A stretch of DNA of 63,872 nt, the filler included, from Acidimicrobiia bacterium (lineage in GTDB: Bacteria > Actinomycetota > Acidimicrobiia > Spongiisociales > CAZKJJ01), in NCBI GenBank assembly GCA_046759765.1. It is 9 parts of 9 records of this genome, joined end to end, with 100 filler letters (N's around TTAATTAATTAA, not from the genome) between each part and the next. Parts side by side here need not be neighbours in the genome. Positions count along the whole stretch, not along the records: positions 36,291 to 43,298 come from JBHICV010000132.1; positions 43,399 to 50,306 come from JBHICV010000133.1; 7 more parts are not named here. One strand, given 5' to 3'. How positions within the stretch are numbered: position 1 is the stretch's first letter; every line of letters begins with the position of its first letter. Under the pieces are notes generated by a model. It did not search any database, was not told the origin of the DNA, and saw nothing but the letters and a program-made list of their open reading frames with translations. The position numbers were made by a program, and so were the translations under genes. This document shows positions 39,972 through 48,762 of this stretch, in pieces.

Positions 39972-42900
39972 ATGAGATTTACCAACAAATGCCTTTGTAT
40001 CATCGTTGTTTTTCTGTTGGGCGCAGGGACAAGTCTCGCTCAGTTCAGTAGCAATGTCCAGGGGATTGTCTTCGACGAGAGCGAGGCAGTGATCCCGGGT
40101 GCAACGGTCGTGCTCACAGAAAACGCCACCGCGATTGAACGAACAGCCATAACCGGTCCAAGCGGTATTTATCGCTTCACAGGCCTGGCCCCCGGAGACT
40201 ATCAATTGAGGTTCGAGCTGCCGGGCTTTCAAGTGACTGTGATCCCGGTAAGGCTCCTGACCAAGCAGACGGTGGAGGTAAACGCGACGCTGGTAGTTCG
40301 AGGCACGGCCGATCTTGTATTGGTCACGGGCGAGTCACCGACTCTGGATACGGCGGATTCGCGCCTGCAGTCGACAGTCGAGGAGGAGATCCTGGATGAT
40401 CTCCCGCTCCAGGGCCGTAATATGCTGGGCCTTGCCGCCGTCGCACCCGGTGTAACCGGCTACGGCAACGTGGCCGGCGGAGCGCCCGGCAACGCCCCGG
40501 ACAACTACTCGACCGAGGTCGTCATCGACGCCAGTGGGAACGGCCGCAACTCCAGCGGCAATCTGTACACGGTGGATGGGCTCAACATCACCAGCAATAT
40601 CATCCAGGGTGTAGCCAACCTCGCACCCAACCCGGACTCGATCCAGGAATTCTCAATTCAGACCAACACGTTTAGTGTCGAGCAGACCAACGCAAGCTCG
40701 ATTCAAGTCGCTATCACCACCAAGGGTGGCACCAACGAGTTTCACGGTAGCGGGAGCTATTACTTCACGAACCAGGATCTCTGGGCACGCACCGTCTTTA
40801 CCGGCGAGCGGCGCCCTTTCAAGAAGCAGCTGTTCAACGGAACCCTGGGCGGACCGATCGTTAAAAACAAGACCTTTTTCTTTGCCTCGTTGGAAGGTTT
40901 GAGATCCGAGATTTCGCAGGCGGACAGCGTTCGCACTTTCGAGTCTGAAGAGTTTGTCAACTGGGCAAGGCAAAATTTCCCCGACACGCTGGGCACGAAC
41001 GTGCTCTCGGAGCGGCGGCCAAGCGATGCCTTGATCGCCGGCGTGGCCCGGACGGCCGAAGACGTATTCGGAAGCGGGCCGGAGGGCTGCGGGACAGCGA
41101 GCACGTCGTTCATTCCGTGCAGCCTTGCCATGATCAACGAGGGCCGCTTCACCAGGAGCCCTTTCCGGAACGGACTGCAGTACAACGTCCGCGTGGATCA
41201 GTACCTAAACGACTCGGCTGACCGCCTGTACTTCAACCTCTACCGAACGGAGCTTGACATCGAAACCCAACGCAACCGCAGGGGGTTCAGCACGACCGAT
41301 GACAACTTCTCTACCGCGATCCAGTCGAGTTGGACCCGCACCTTCTCGCCGGCCGTGATCAACGAGTTCAGCTTCGGCTGGATCAGGGTACAGGGCAACC
41401 GCGGTTTTAACGAGTCGACCGAGGGTGGACCGATTCCCTTCAATATCCCGAACATCAACGTTCAAGGTCAGAGCCTAGGGATTTCCCCCGCCTGGGGTCC
41501 CGCGACGTTCATCCAGAACAACTTCAACTGGCGAAACGTTGTGAGCGTGCTGAAGGGCTCTCACTCCCTGAGGTTCGGCGTCAGCGGTTGGTGGGGCGAC
41601 GACGACGCACGCTTCAACGACGTCTTTGGTCGGACGACTCTGGGTTTCAACAACCTGCTCGACCTGGTCAGCGACAGCCCATTCACGCAGGGCGGTCCTC
41701 TCATCGATCCTCTCACAGGTCTGGAGGGGCCGGGAGGTTACGAGCATCTGCTGAATACTTTCGGCTGGTTCATCCAGGACGAATGGAAGGTGACGCCGCG
41801 ACTGACCTTGACCCTGGGAATCCGGTGGGATGATTTCGGCAATATCACTCGCAATGAGGACAAGGGCGTGATACTTGGCAACGTCTTCCTTCCGCAGCAG
41901 TTTTCCACACTGGGCTCGCCCGCCGAGATCGACGCTGCGTTCGCCGACGCGTCCGTGCGCTTTACGGACGAAGGCATCTATGGCGGTCGCATCACCAACA
42001 ACTGGGCTCCACGAGCCGGAATCGCTTGGGATCCCACTGGCGATGGTACGTGGGTGGTTCGCGGCGGTTTCGGCCTCTATCACGATTGGATCCCGCTTGG
42101 CGAAGCGAACCGGATCCGCGGCAACCCCCCGGGTCTGGTCGGGCTCAGCTCGCGCCGGGGCGATCCCAGCTCTCCCGAGCCGATCTTCTCCATCGGTACG
42201 AGCACGAGCTTCCCGTTCGGTTGGGTCCTGCCGCAGTTCGCGACTCTGGAGTTGGACGAGCGGGGTGGTATCCTGGGCGCACGCTCGAGCGTTGGTGGCA
42301 TCGACCGCCACATCGAACCCTCCGACACCTATAACTTCATGATCGGCGTCGAACGGCGGCTGCCCCGAGACTTGGTGCTCGGAGTCATGTACAGCGGCTC
42401 CCGCACCCGCAACGGTATCGTCGGGAACGACATGAATCGCTTCGAGGGCGACTTGCTGGACGGCGTGTTGGATCGTTTGAACCCGAGCTTCGGCCGAGTG
42501 TTCTACGAGTTCAATGGCAACGAGATCGATTACAATGCTGTGATTGCGTCGTTCCGCGGGCGTTTTAGGCGCGGCGGCAGCTTCCAGGCGTCTTACACCT
42601 TGTCGAAGACCGAAGATTTCGGGCAGGCCGGTTCGCGCGTCAACCGTGATCCGGGTTTCGCGACACCGTCCCAGCACAACCTCGAGCGTTTCAAGGGTCC
42701 AGCCGACTGGGACTTTCGGAACCGGTTTTCGCTGTCGGGACTCTACCAGTTGCCCACTCCGGATACCGGCGGCTTTGCCCGGCGTGTTCTGGGCGGTTGG
42801 GAATTTGGCACCGTGGCGGTTCTGCAGAGCGGACCTCCCTTCACCGTCGTCAGCACCGCCAGCTTCCAGCCTCAGCTGGATGCGGACGGAAATGTTGTGG

Positions 42901-43298
42901 GCTTCCTGCCCGGCAGCGGCGACTTCAACGCAGACGGCGTCAACTTTGACTTCCCGAACGCGCCTGCCACGGACTTCACTGGCTCACACTCGCGCCAGGA
43001 CTTCATCAACGGATTGTTCACCGCTGCGGACTTCCCGCTGCCGACTCCAGGAACCCTGGGGAATCTGGAGCGGCAGCCCTTCCGCGGGCCCGGACTTGCC
43101 AATGTGGACTTCACGGTGATCAAGAACAACCAAATCAGCGAGGACGTGAATCTGCAGTTGCGGTTTGAGTTCTTCAACATCCTGAACCGGGTGAATTTAA
43201 GTAATGTCGAGGGAAGAATGGACCGTTCGACGTTCGGTCGATCCACCTCGACCTTCAACCCTCGGATCATCCAGCTGGGGGTTCGGCTCACCTTCTAG
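39972..43298 (+). CDS. TonB-dependent outer-membrane receptor with carboxypeptidase-regulatory-like N-domain (Oar-like)
   Basis: Signal peptide, LPLQGRN, DSIQEF, GGTNEFHG, LRFEFFN, C-terminal RIIQLGVRLTF. Confidence 0.93.
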   Translation: MRFTNKCLCIIVVFLLGAGTSLAQFSSNVQGIVFDESEAVIPGATVVLTENATAIERTAITGPSGIYRFTGLAPGDYQLRFELPGFQVTVIPVRLLTKQTVEVNATLVVRGTADLVLVTGESPTLDTADSRLQSTVEEEILDDLPLQGRNMLGLAAVAPGVTGYGNVAGGAPGNAPDNYSTEVVIDASGNGRNSSGNLYTVDGLNITSNIIQGVANLAPNPDSIQEFSIQTNTFSVEQTNASSIQVAITTKGGTNEFHGSGSYYFTNQDLWARTVFTGERRPFKKQLFNGTLGGPIVKNKTFFFASLEGLRSEISQADSVRTFESEEFVNWARQNFPDTLGTNVLSERRPSDALIAGVARTAEDVFGSGPEGCGTASTSFIPCSLAMINEGRFTRSPFRNGLQYNVRVDQYLNDSADRLYFNLYRTELDIETQRNRRGFSTTDDNFSTAIQSSWTRTFSPAVINEFSFGWIRVQGNRGFNESTEGGPIPFNIPNINVQGQSLGISPAWGPATFIQNNFNWRNVVSVLKGSHSLRFGVSGWWGDDDARFNDVFGRTTLGFNNLLDLVSDSPFTQGGPLIDPLTGLEGPGGYEHLLNTFGWFIQDEWKVTPRLTLTLGIRWDDFGNITRNEDKGVILGNVFLPQQFSTLGSPAEIDAAFADASVRFTDEGIYGGRITNNWAPRAGIAWDPTGDGTWVVRGGFGLYHDWIPLGEANRIRGNPPGLVGLSSRRGDPSSPEPIFSIGTSTSFPFGWVLPQFATLELDERGGILGARSSVGGIDRHIEPSDTYNFMIGVERRLPRDLVLGVMYSGSRTRNGIVGNDMNRFEGDLLDGVLDRLNPSFGRVFYEFNGNEIDYNAVIASFRGRFRRGGSFQASYTLSKTEDFGQAGSRVNRDPGFATPSQHNLERFKGPADWDFRNRFSLSGLYQLPTPDTGGFARRVLGGWEFGTVAVLQSGPPFTVVSTASFQPQLDADGNVVGFLPGSGDFNADGVNFDFPNAPATDFTGSHSRQDFINGLFTAADFPLPTPGTLGNLERQPFRGPGLANVDFTVIKNNQISEDVNLQLRFEFFNILNRVNLSNVEGRMDRSTFGRSTSTFNPRIIQLGVRLTF

Positions 43299-43398
43299 NN
43301 NNNNNNNNNNNNNNNNNNNNNNNNNNNNNNNNNNNNNNNNNNTTAATTAATTAANNNNNNNNNNNNNNNNNNNNNNNNNNNNNNNNNNNNNNNNNNNN
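43299..43398. other. Artificial contig spacer
   Basis: N44-TTAATTAATTAA-N44. Confidence 0.99.
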
Positions 43399-43585
43399 GT
43401 TCCTCCGCCGCGGGAGCCGGCTCCTCCTCCGCCGGGGCCGGCGGTGGGGCGCCGCCCGCCCACGCGGCGAGAATGTCTTCGATGCTCGTCCCTTCGGCTG
43501 AGGCCCGGGCCTCCGCCGACCGCATGACGATCTCCGGTGGCGCTCCAAGCGCGGTGGCGGCAGCAGCTAGGAGGTCGTCAGTCAT
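43399..43585 (-). CDS. N-terminal fragment of the protein coupled to the CcoN-like gene (product unknown)
   Basis: Start overlaps the upstream stop; MTDDLL...EIVMRSAEARASAEGTSIEDILAAW followed by a Pro/Ala/Glu linker. Confidence 0.7.
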
Positions 43586-45020
43586 AGGGTCCCGGCACGA
43601 GTTCTTCCTTCAGGCCCGCCTGCCCTGAAGTGACAGTTCGGTAGATGTTGTAGGCGTAGATCGAGACCCCGACCAGGATCAGGATCGAAGCCAGCGCGAT
43701 CAGCAGATAGAGCGGCTGGAGAGCGTCGGTTATCTGGTTAGCGAATCCCGCGCCCGTGTTCTGATAGGCGCCACTCTGTGCGCCTCCGATCCAGGTGTAG
43801 CCGGAGTACAGAGCCGTGCTCAGCTGAGTGGCGGCCACCACCGACACTCCCACAACGAGGTAGCGGAGCTGGCGACGAGCAAGATCCTGCGAGAACAGCC
43901 GTCGACCGAGCATGCGAGGCAGGGCATGCATCGAGAAGGCTCCGATCCACAGTGTGGCGGCGCCAAAGAGGATCGCGGTGAGCAGGCCGTCCCAAATGGG
44001 CGTGAGCCCGACGACCGTGGAAGTAGGGCGAAACGGCGCTAGCGCTTCCAGCACGGCTGCCACCAGGTAGATGACCGACCCGATCAGCGCCAGGCGAAGC
44101 GGCGGAGACTCCGACAGCAGCTCCCAACGAGGTCGCAGGGTTCCGACGAAGTTGGTGATCACCGCGGCGGCGGGAAGGACCAGCGCCAGCGACATCACGG
44201 CAGCGATCTCCTGCGACCAATCGGGGATAGGTCCCCAGATCCAGCGTCCCGGCCCGATCCAGACCGCTGCAAATGCGAGAGACCAGAATCCGATGAGCGC
44301 GATCGGACGGCTGTAGAGCGGGCTCTCGGTGATCTTGGGTATCAGGTAATAGGTCGCTGCCAGACCCATTCCCACTATCCACAGCCCCCGGAGGCCGCTG
44401 TCGAGGAAAGAAGTTTGGAGCATGTCGGTAACCCCACCGATGGGGGCGTTGCCCACTACATACAGGCCCAGGAGCCACCAGAGCCCGGCTAGTACGTACC
44501 ACAAGGACACGTACATCCCCTCCTCGGTGCTGCGCCTCACGGTCATGGTCACCACGACTGTGGGAACTGCCAACGTCCCCAACACAAAGACGTCTAGCCA
44601 GAGCGGAAACTCCGCCATGTTCCGACCCTCGGACAGCCCCAGCGCGAGGGCGACGATTCCAGCGCCGTAGACAAAAATCGAGAACCACAGGTTGGCGTTG
44701 GCGATGCGCTCGCCCCACAGCCTGGCGCCCGTGAGCCGGGGCGTCAGGTAGTAGGCCACCCCGACAAACCCCATAGTGACCCAGCCCCAAATCGCCGCGT
44801 TGAAAGCCACCGGCCGCAGGCGGCCGTAGGCGAACAGCGGATTGGTCTCCCAGAGTCCGGGGAATGGAACCTTGATCTGAAGAACCAAAAACAAAAACGC
44901 GGAGAGGACCAGAAACGGAATCGCCAAGAGCAGATGTCGCGTGGCAGCGGAATCCGGTCTCTCAGGAGCCAAAAGAGCCAGAGGCCCACGCCGCTGATCG
45001 GTTGTAGTGGCTGCGGCCAA
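43578..45020 (-). CDS. cbb3-type oxidase subunit I (CcoN)-like membrane protein lacking the metal-ligand histidines
   Basis: YGRLRP, AEFP, YVSLWY, YYLIPK, PLYS...FW, W.GP and about 12 TM helices match the CcoN fold; all His ligands substituted. Confidence 0.85.
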   Translation of the reverse strand: MAAATTTDQRRGPLALLAPERPDSAATRHLLLAIPFLVLSAFLFLVLQIKVPFPGLWETNPLFAYGRLRPVAFNAAIWGWVTMGFVGVAYYLTPRLTGARLWGERIANANLWFSIFVYGAGIVALALGLSEGRNMAEFPLWLDVFVLGTLAVPTVVVTMTVRRSTEEGMYVSLWYVLAGLWWLLGLYVVGNAPIGGVTDMLQTSFLDSGLRGLWIVGMGLAATYYLIPKITESPLYSRPIALIGFWSLAFAAVWIGPGRWIWGPIPDWSQEIAAVMSLALVLPAAAVITNFVGTLRPRWELLSESPPLRLALIGSVIYLVAAVLEALAPFRPTSTVVGLTPIWDGLLTAILFGAATLWIGAFSMHALPRMLGRRLFSQDLARRQLRYLVVGVSVVAATQLSTALYSGYTWIGGAQSGAYQNTGAGFANQITDALQPLYLLIALASILILVGVSIYAYNIYRTVTSGQAGLKEELVPGPYD

Positions 45021-45237
45021 TGCCCGCTCCTTCGTTGTCCCGGGCGGCCGCGAGCTTACCCAGCCACCAGCCGGGATTGGCCGACTTGGCCACCTCGAGC
45101 CGCTTCATTGTGCCGGGTCCCGGGACACCGAGTCAAAGGCGGACGCGCTTTAGGCTGGGAGTGGCACTTGTGCCACAATGCAGCCGCCGTTCGGGCCCGG
45201 CTCCGCTCGGCGGGAGGTCACCAAAGACAAGCGAGAG

Positions 45238-45873
45238 ATGGACGAGGCACGACGAAACATCATCGGCATCCTCGGGCTCATCCTGGGGGCCGGGCTTGTA
45301 TTCGCAGGGGTCATTTGGACCCATTTCTCGGCTCTCCCGGAGACGGAGGTGATCGACGGAGTCGAGGTTGTCGTCTCCGAAGGCATCTTCGATCTGATCC
45401 CTCGGGGCTTCATCATCGGCGACGAGACGGGTGGCCTACCGTGGTTCACGCTGGGACACCTGGTAGCGATCACAGGATCCCAGTTGATGATCGTTGGCGC
45501 GCTGTTCCTCTGGGTAGTCGGGCGTGAAATGACATGGCCGCGGGCGGCTTTCGCCGCCTTCATTGCTTGGTTCGAGCTCGTACTGATCTTCGGGACCGTT
45601 CCGTCCGAGTGGCTGAACTTGGCGCAAGGTCCTCTCGGCTGGACCTCCCAGAGGATCGCCGTCACGGTTCCATCGTGGTTGGTGCTGGGCCAGGACGTAT
45701 CGATCAGCTTCGCCGCCCTCAAGGACCTGATCTCGATTGGGTACAGCCAGTCGATGCTCGTCGCCGCGGTCGTGTTCGCCTACTTCATCCAGGGCTTTGG
45801 TCATCCCAAGCCGCCGAAGGAAGGACCCGTTGGGACGTCACAGTACGGGCGTCCCCTGGTGAGGGGGAGCTGA
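45238..45873 (+). CDS. Membrane protein of unknown function, first gene of the Rieske/cytochrome b operon
   Basis: About 4 TM helices, VPSEWL, C-terminal SQYGRPLV; TGA/ATG overlap with the ferredoxin gene. Confidence 0.75.
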   Translation: MDEARRNIIGILGLILGAGLVFAGVIWTHFSALPETEVIDGVEVVVSEGIFDLIPRGFIIGDETGGLPWFTLGHLVAITGSQLMIVGALFLWVVGREMTWPRAAFAAFIAWFELVLIFGTVPSEWLNLAQGPLGWTSQRIAVTVPSWLVLGQDVSISFAALKDLISIGYSQSMLVAAVVFAYFIQGFGHPKPPKEGPVGTSQYGRPLVRGS

Positions 45874-46325
45874 TGGCGAGAGCCGATGTCTGGTTCGAGA
45901 CCCCACCCTTCCGGGATGACTATCAGCTGGTGCTCGTCGAGGACGACTACGTCAAGTCTTCGGTCAAACCCAAGCAGTTCCTCCACATCGATCAGTCGGA
46001 GTGCATCCTCTGTGAGGGCTGTGTCGATATCTGCCCGTGGAAGTGCATCCACTACCTCTCGCTCGATGCCATTACGGATGCCAAGGATGTGGCGAACCCT
46101 GCGGTCGATGACCCTGAAGCCCAGGGTTTCTTCGTCGTAGACGAGGACGAGTGCACCCGCTGCGCGCTGTGCATCGACCGGTGCCCGACCAACGTAATCA
46201 CCCTTGGAAAGTTCGAAGGATCTCTCGCGGAGCAGGCGCTCGAGCGGGATGTGGAGATGCCCTGGTCCGTAGATACGGGTCAGAGAGACTTCAAGAACGG
46301 TTACACGTACGGGATGAGGTGGTGA
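45873..46325 (+). CDS. 2x[4Fe-4S] ferredoxin-like protein
   Basis: [12 protein letters not shown] and [12 protein letters not shown]. Confidence 0.92.
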   Translation: MARADVWFETPPFRDDYQLVLVEDDYVKSSVKPKQFLHIDQSECILCEGCVDICPWKCIHYLSLDAITDAKDVANPAVDDPEAQGFFVVDEDECTRCALCIDRCPTNVITLGKFEGSLAEQALERDVEMPWSVDTGQRDFKNGYTYGMRW

Positions 46326-46326
46326 G

Positions 46327-47118
46327 TTGACGACCGAGCAGAAGGAGCGCACAGGCCTCGTCCATCGGGCCAGGGAGTGGCTCGGACAGGCTTGGGATTG
46401 GTTCCAGGGGAGTCAGTTCTGGCAGAGCGTCTTCCGGCCCGGCTCCCCGTTCAAGGCCGGGTATGCCGACAGCCCCCGCAACCGCTCCTACGTGATCATG
46501 AACAACGTCCTCTATCACCTGCATCCGGTCAAGGTGAAGCGGCACGGCGTACGCCTCTCATACACCCTGTGTCTCGGTGGGCTGAGCTTCTTCCTGTTCA
46601 TCCTTCTGACGATCACCGGGATCTTCCTGATGTTCTATTACCGGCCGACCGTCGAGGCCGCCTACATCGACACTGAGGCACTATCCACCAGCGTTGCCTT
46701 CGGCTCGCTGGTCAGGAACATGCACCGATGGGGAGCGCACCTAATGGTGCTGACCGTCTTCCTTCACATGTCGAGGGTCTTCTACCACGGCGCCTACAAA
46801 CCGCCGCGGGAGTTCAACTGGGTGGTCGGTGTCGTGTTGCTCCTGCTGACACTGCTTCTTTCATTTACCGGATACCTGCTGCCCTGGGATCAGCTCGCTC
46901 TTTGGGCCGTGACCGTGGGAACCAACATGGGGAGCTTCGTCCCCGTCTTCGGCGAGCAAGTCAAGTTCGTGTTACTGGGCGCGTTCACCGTCTCCGGTCC
47001 CACGCTGCTCAGGTTCTACGTGGGTCACGTCCTCTTCTTCCCGTTCATCCTCGTGATCTTCTTGTCCGTCCACTTCTGGCGAGTCCGTAAGGACGGCGGC
47101 CTGTCGGGGCCCCTCTGA
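46327..47118 (+). CDS. Cytochrome b6-like subunit (N-terminal half of split cytochrome b)
   Basis: [13 protein letters not shown]...[21 protein letters not shown]...HF. Confidence 0.93.
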   Translation: MTTEQKERTGLVHRAREWLGQAWDWFQGSQFWQSVFRPGSPFKAGYADSPRNRSYVIMNNVLYHLHPVKVKRHGVRLSYTLCLGGLSFFLFILLTITGIFLMFYYRPTVEAAYIDTEALSTSVAFGSLVRNMHRWGAHLMVLTVFLHMSRVFYHGAYKPPREFNWVVGVVLLLLTLLLSFTGYLLPWDQLALWAVTVGTNMGSFVPVFGEQVKFVLLGAFTVSGPTLLRFYVGHVLFFPFILVIFLSVHFWRVRKDGGLSGPL

Positions 47119-47849
47119 TGTCGGAAGTACCTGACGAGCTCCTCCGTCGTTCGGCCGAGGCCAAAGCCGTAGCCCTCGGGTTGCCGGTCGAGGAGGTCTT
47201 GGCGGAAATGCGCGCTGAGACCACAGAAAAGGTTTCCTCCGAGGAGGACGGTGGAGGGGATTCCGGGGGAGACGGCAAGGTGGCTACCTCGGTCCGTCCG
47301 ACCGAGCCGCCGGTCGCGCTTCCGGAGGGGGTGCGTACTCAGCGTCTGCTGACCGTTGTCCGAGCCAAGGCGATCCAGCAGGTCAAAGCGGAGCCCACGG
47401 ACAAGGTGAACGTCTGGCCTCATCTGTTGCTCGCCGAATTCACGGCACTGATGATCATCACCGCTTTCCTTCTTGTTCTATCGGTGATTCTGCAGGCGCC
47501 GCTGCTGGAGCTGGCCGACCCCAACAACACGCCCAACCCGGCCAAAGCTCCGTGGTACTTCCTCGGGCTCCAGGAGCTCCTCTCCTATTACGACCCTCAG
47601 ATCGCCGGTGTCATCATCCCAGGGATCATCGGGCTGCTTGGCTTGATGACAGTTCCGTACGTGGACCGAAACCCGTCCACGCGTCCCTCCGACCGCAAGT
47701 TCGCCATCCTCTTCTTCACGTTTTTCCTGGTCGGAGCAGGCACGCTGACGATGATCGGAGTCCTCTTCCGAGGTCCCGGATTCACCTTCACGATTCCCTG
47801 GGAGGACGGGATCTGGTTCGACGATCTGAAGGATTGGGTCGAATTCTGA
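47118..47849 (+). CDS. Cytochrome b subunit IV (PetD-like) with an N-terminal extension
   Basis: VWPHLL, ADPNNTPNPAKAPWYFLGLQE, 3 TM helices. Confidence 0.88.
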   Translation: MSEVPDELLRRSAEAKAVALGLPVEEVLAEMRAETTEKVSSEEDGGGDSGGDGKVATSVRPTEPPVALPEGVRTQRLLTVVRAKAIQQVKAEPTDKVNVWPHLLLAEFTALMIITAFLLVLSVILQAPLLELADPNNTPNPAKAPWYFLGLQELLSYYDPQIAGVIIPGIIGLLGLMTVPYVDRNPSTRPSDRKFAILFFTFFLVGAGTLTMIGVLFRGPGFTFTIPWEDGIWFDDLKDWVEF

Positions 47850-48760
47850 TGGAAGCTTCCCAGATCCTCCTGATTGGTGTTGCGGCCGTCGCCGTGTTGG
47901 GCGCCGTGGCTGTCTTCGCAATCGCCTACCGCAGAGAGGGCGGAACCAAGCCCTGGAGGAGCAGGGTCGAGCGGAAGGCTGTCCGTGAGGACAAATCGGC
48001 GCCGCCCGAGCCGGTTGTGACCGTTGCCCCGGAAGCGGAAGAGACAATAGAGATCGCGGTGGAAGTCCGTGAGGAACCTCCGGCTGCGGTCACCACTGCT
48101 ATCGCGGTGCGAGAGGTCACCTACGAGGAGGTTCCTGCTGATGAGATGGGCGTCACCCGGCGCCAGTTCTTCAACCGGGCGCTCCTGGCCACATTCGGCG
48201 CCTACTCGGTTGGCCTTCTCATCGCGATGGTCGGGTTCCTTTGGCCGCGGCTTAGAGGCGGCTTTGGAGGTGACATCGACGCAGGTGACGTGCAGGCATT
48301 GCGGACCTCCGTTTTCAATCAGGACGGCTCGATCCAGCCCTTGTTCATCCCGGAGGCGCGGGCATACGTTGTTCCGTTTCCCACTTCGGAGATTGCGACG
48401 TCACAGTTCGATCCTCCCAAGATCCAAGGGAAGACCGTGGTGGCGGAGGGTTTGTCCGCGCTCTTTCAGACGTGCGTCCATCTGGGTTGCCGCGTCCCGT
48501 GGTGTTCGACCTCCCAGGGTTTCGAGTGCCCATGCCACGGATCGCGATACAACTCCACCGGAGAGTATGAGGGCGGCCCCGCGCCGCGGAACCTCGACCG
48601 TTTCGAGGTCGAGGTGAATGCCTCCAATCGCTTCATTATCAGGACAGGGTCGCGTGTCGGGACCAGCAGAGCGCCCAGCAAGAGCGTTCCCTACCCGCTG
48701 GGCCGCTCGTGCATCACTATCGGGTTAGGAGAAGGCGAGGACGGCGGGGAGCGCGGCTAG
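47849..48760 (+). CDS. Rieske [2Fe-2S] protein
   Basis: CVHLGC and CPCHGSRY; internal twin-arginine motif TRRQFF. Confidence 0.94.
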   Translation: MEASQILLIGVAAVAVLGAVAVFAIAYRREGGTKPWRSRVERKAVREDKSAPPEPVVTVAPEAEETIEIAVEVREEPPAAVTTAIAVREVTYEEVPADEMGVTRRQFFNRALLATFGAYSVGLLIAMVGFLWPRLRGGFGGDIDAGDVQALRTSVFNQDGSIQPLFIPEARAYVVPFPTSEIATSQFDPPKIQGKTVVAEGLSALFQTCVHLGCRVPWCSTSQGFECPCHGSRYNSTGEYEGGPAPRNLDRFEVEVNASNRFIIRTGSRVGTSRAPSKSVPYPLGRSCITIGLGEGEDGGERG

Positions 48761-48762
48761 GC

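Noticed and set aside
43578..45020. Functional cbb3 oxidase or NO reductase catalytic subunit
   Set aside because: No heme or CuB/FeB ligands, so the ccoN symbol was withheld
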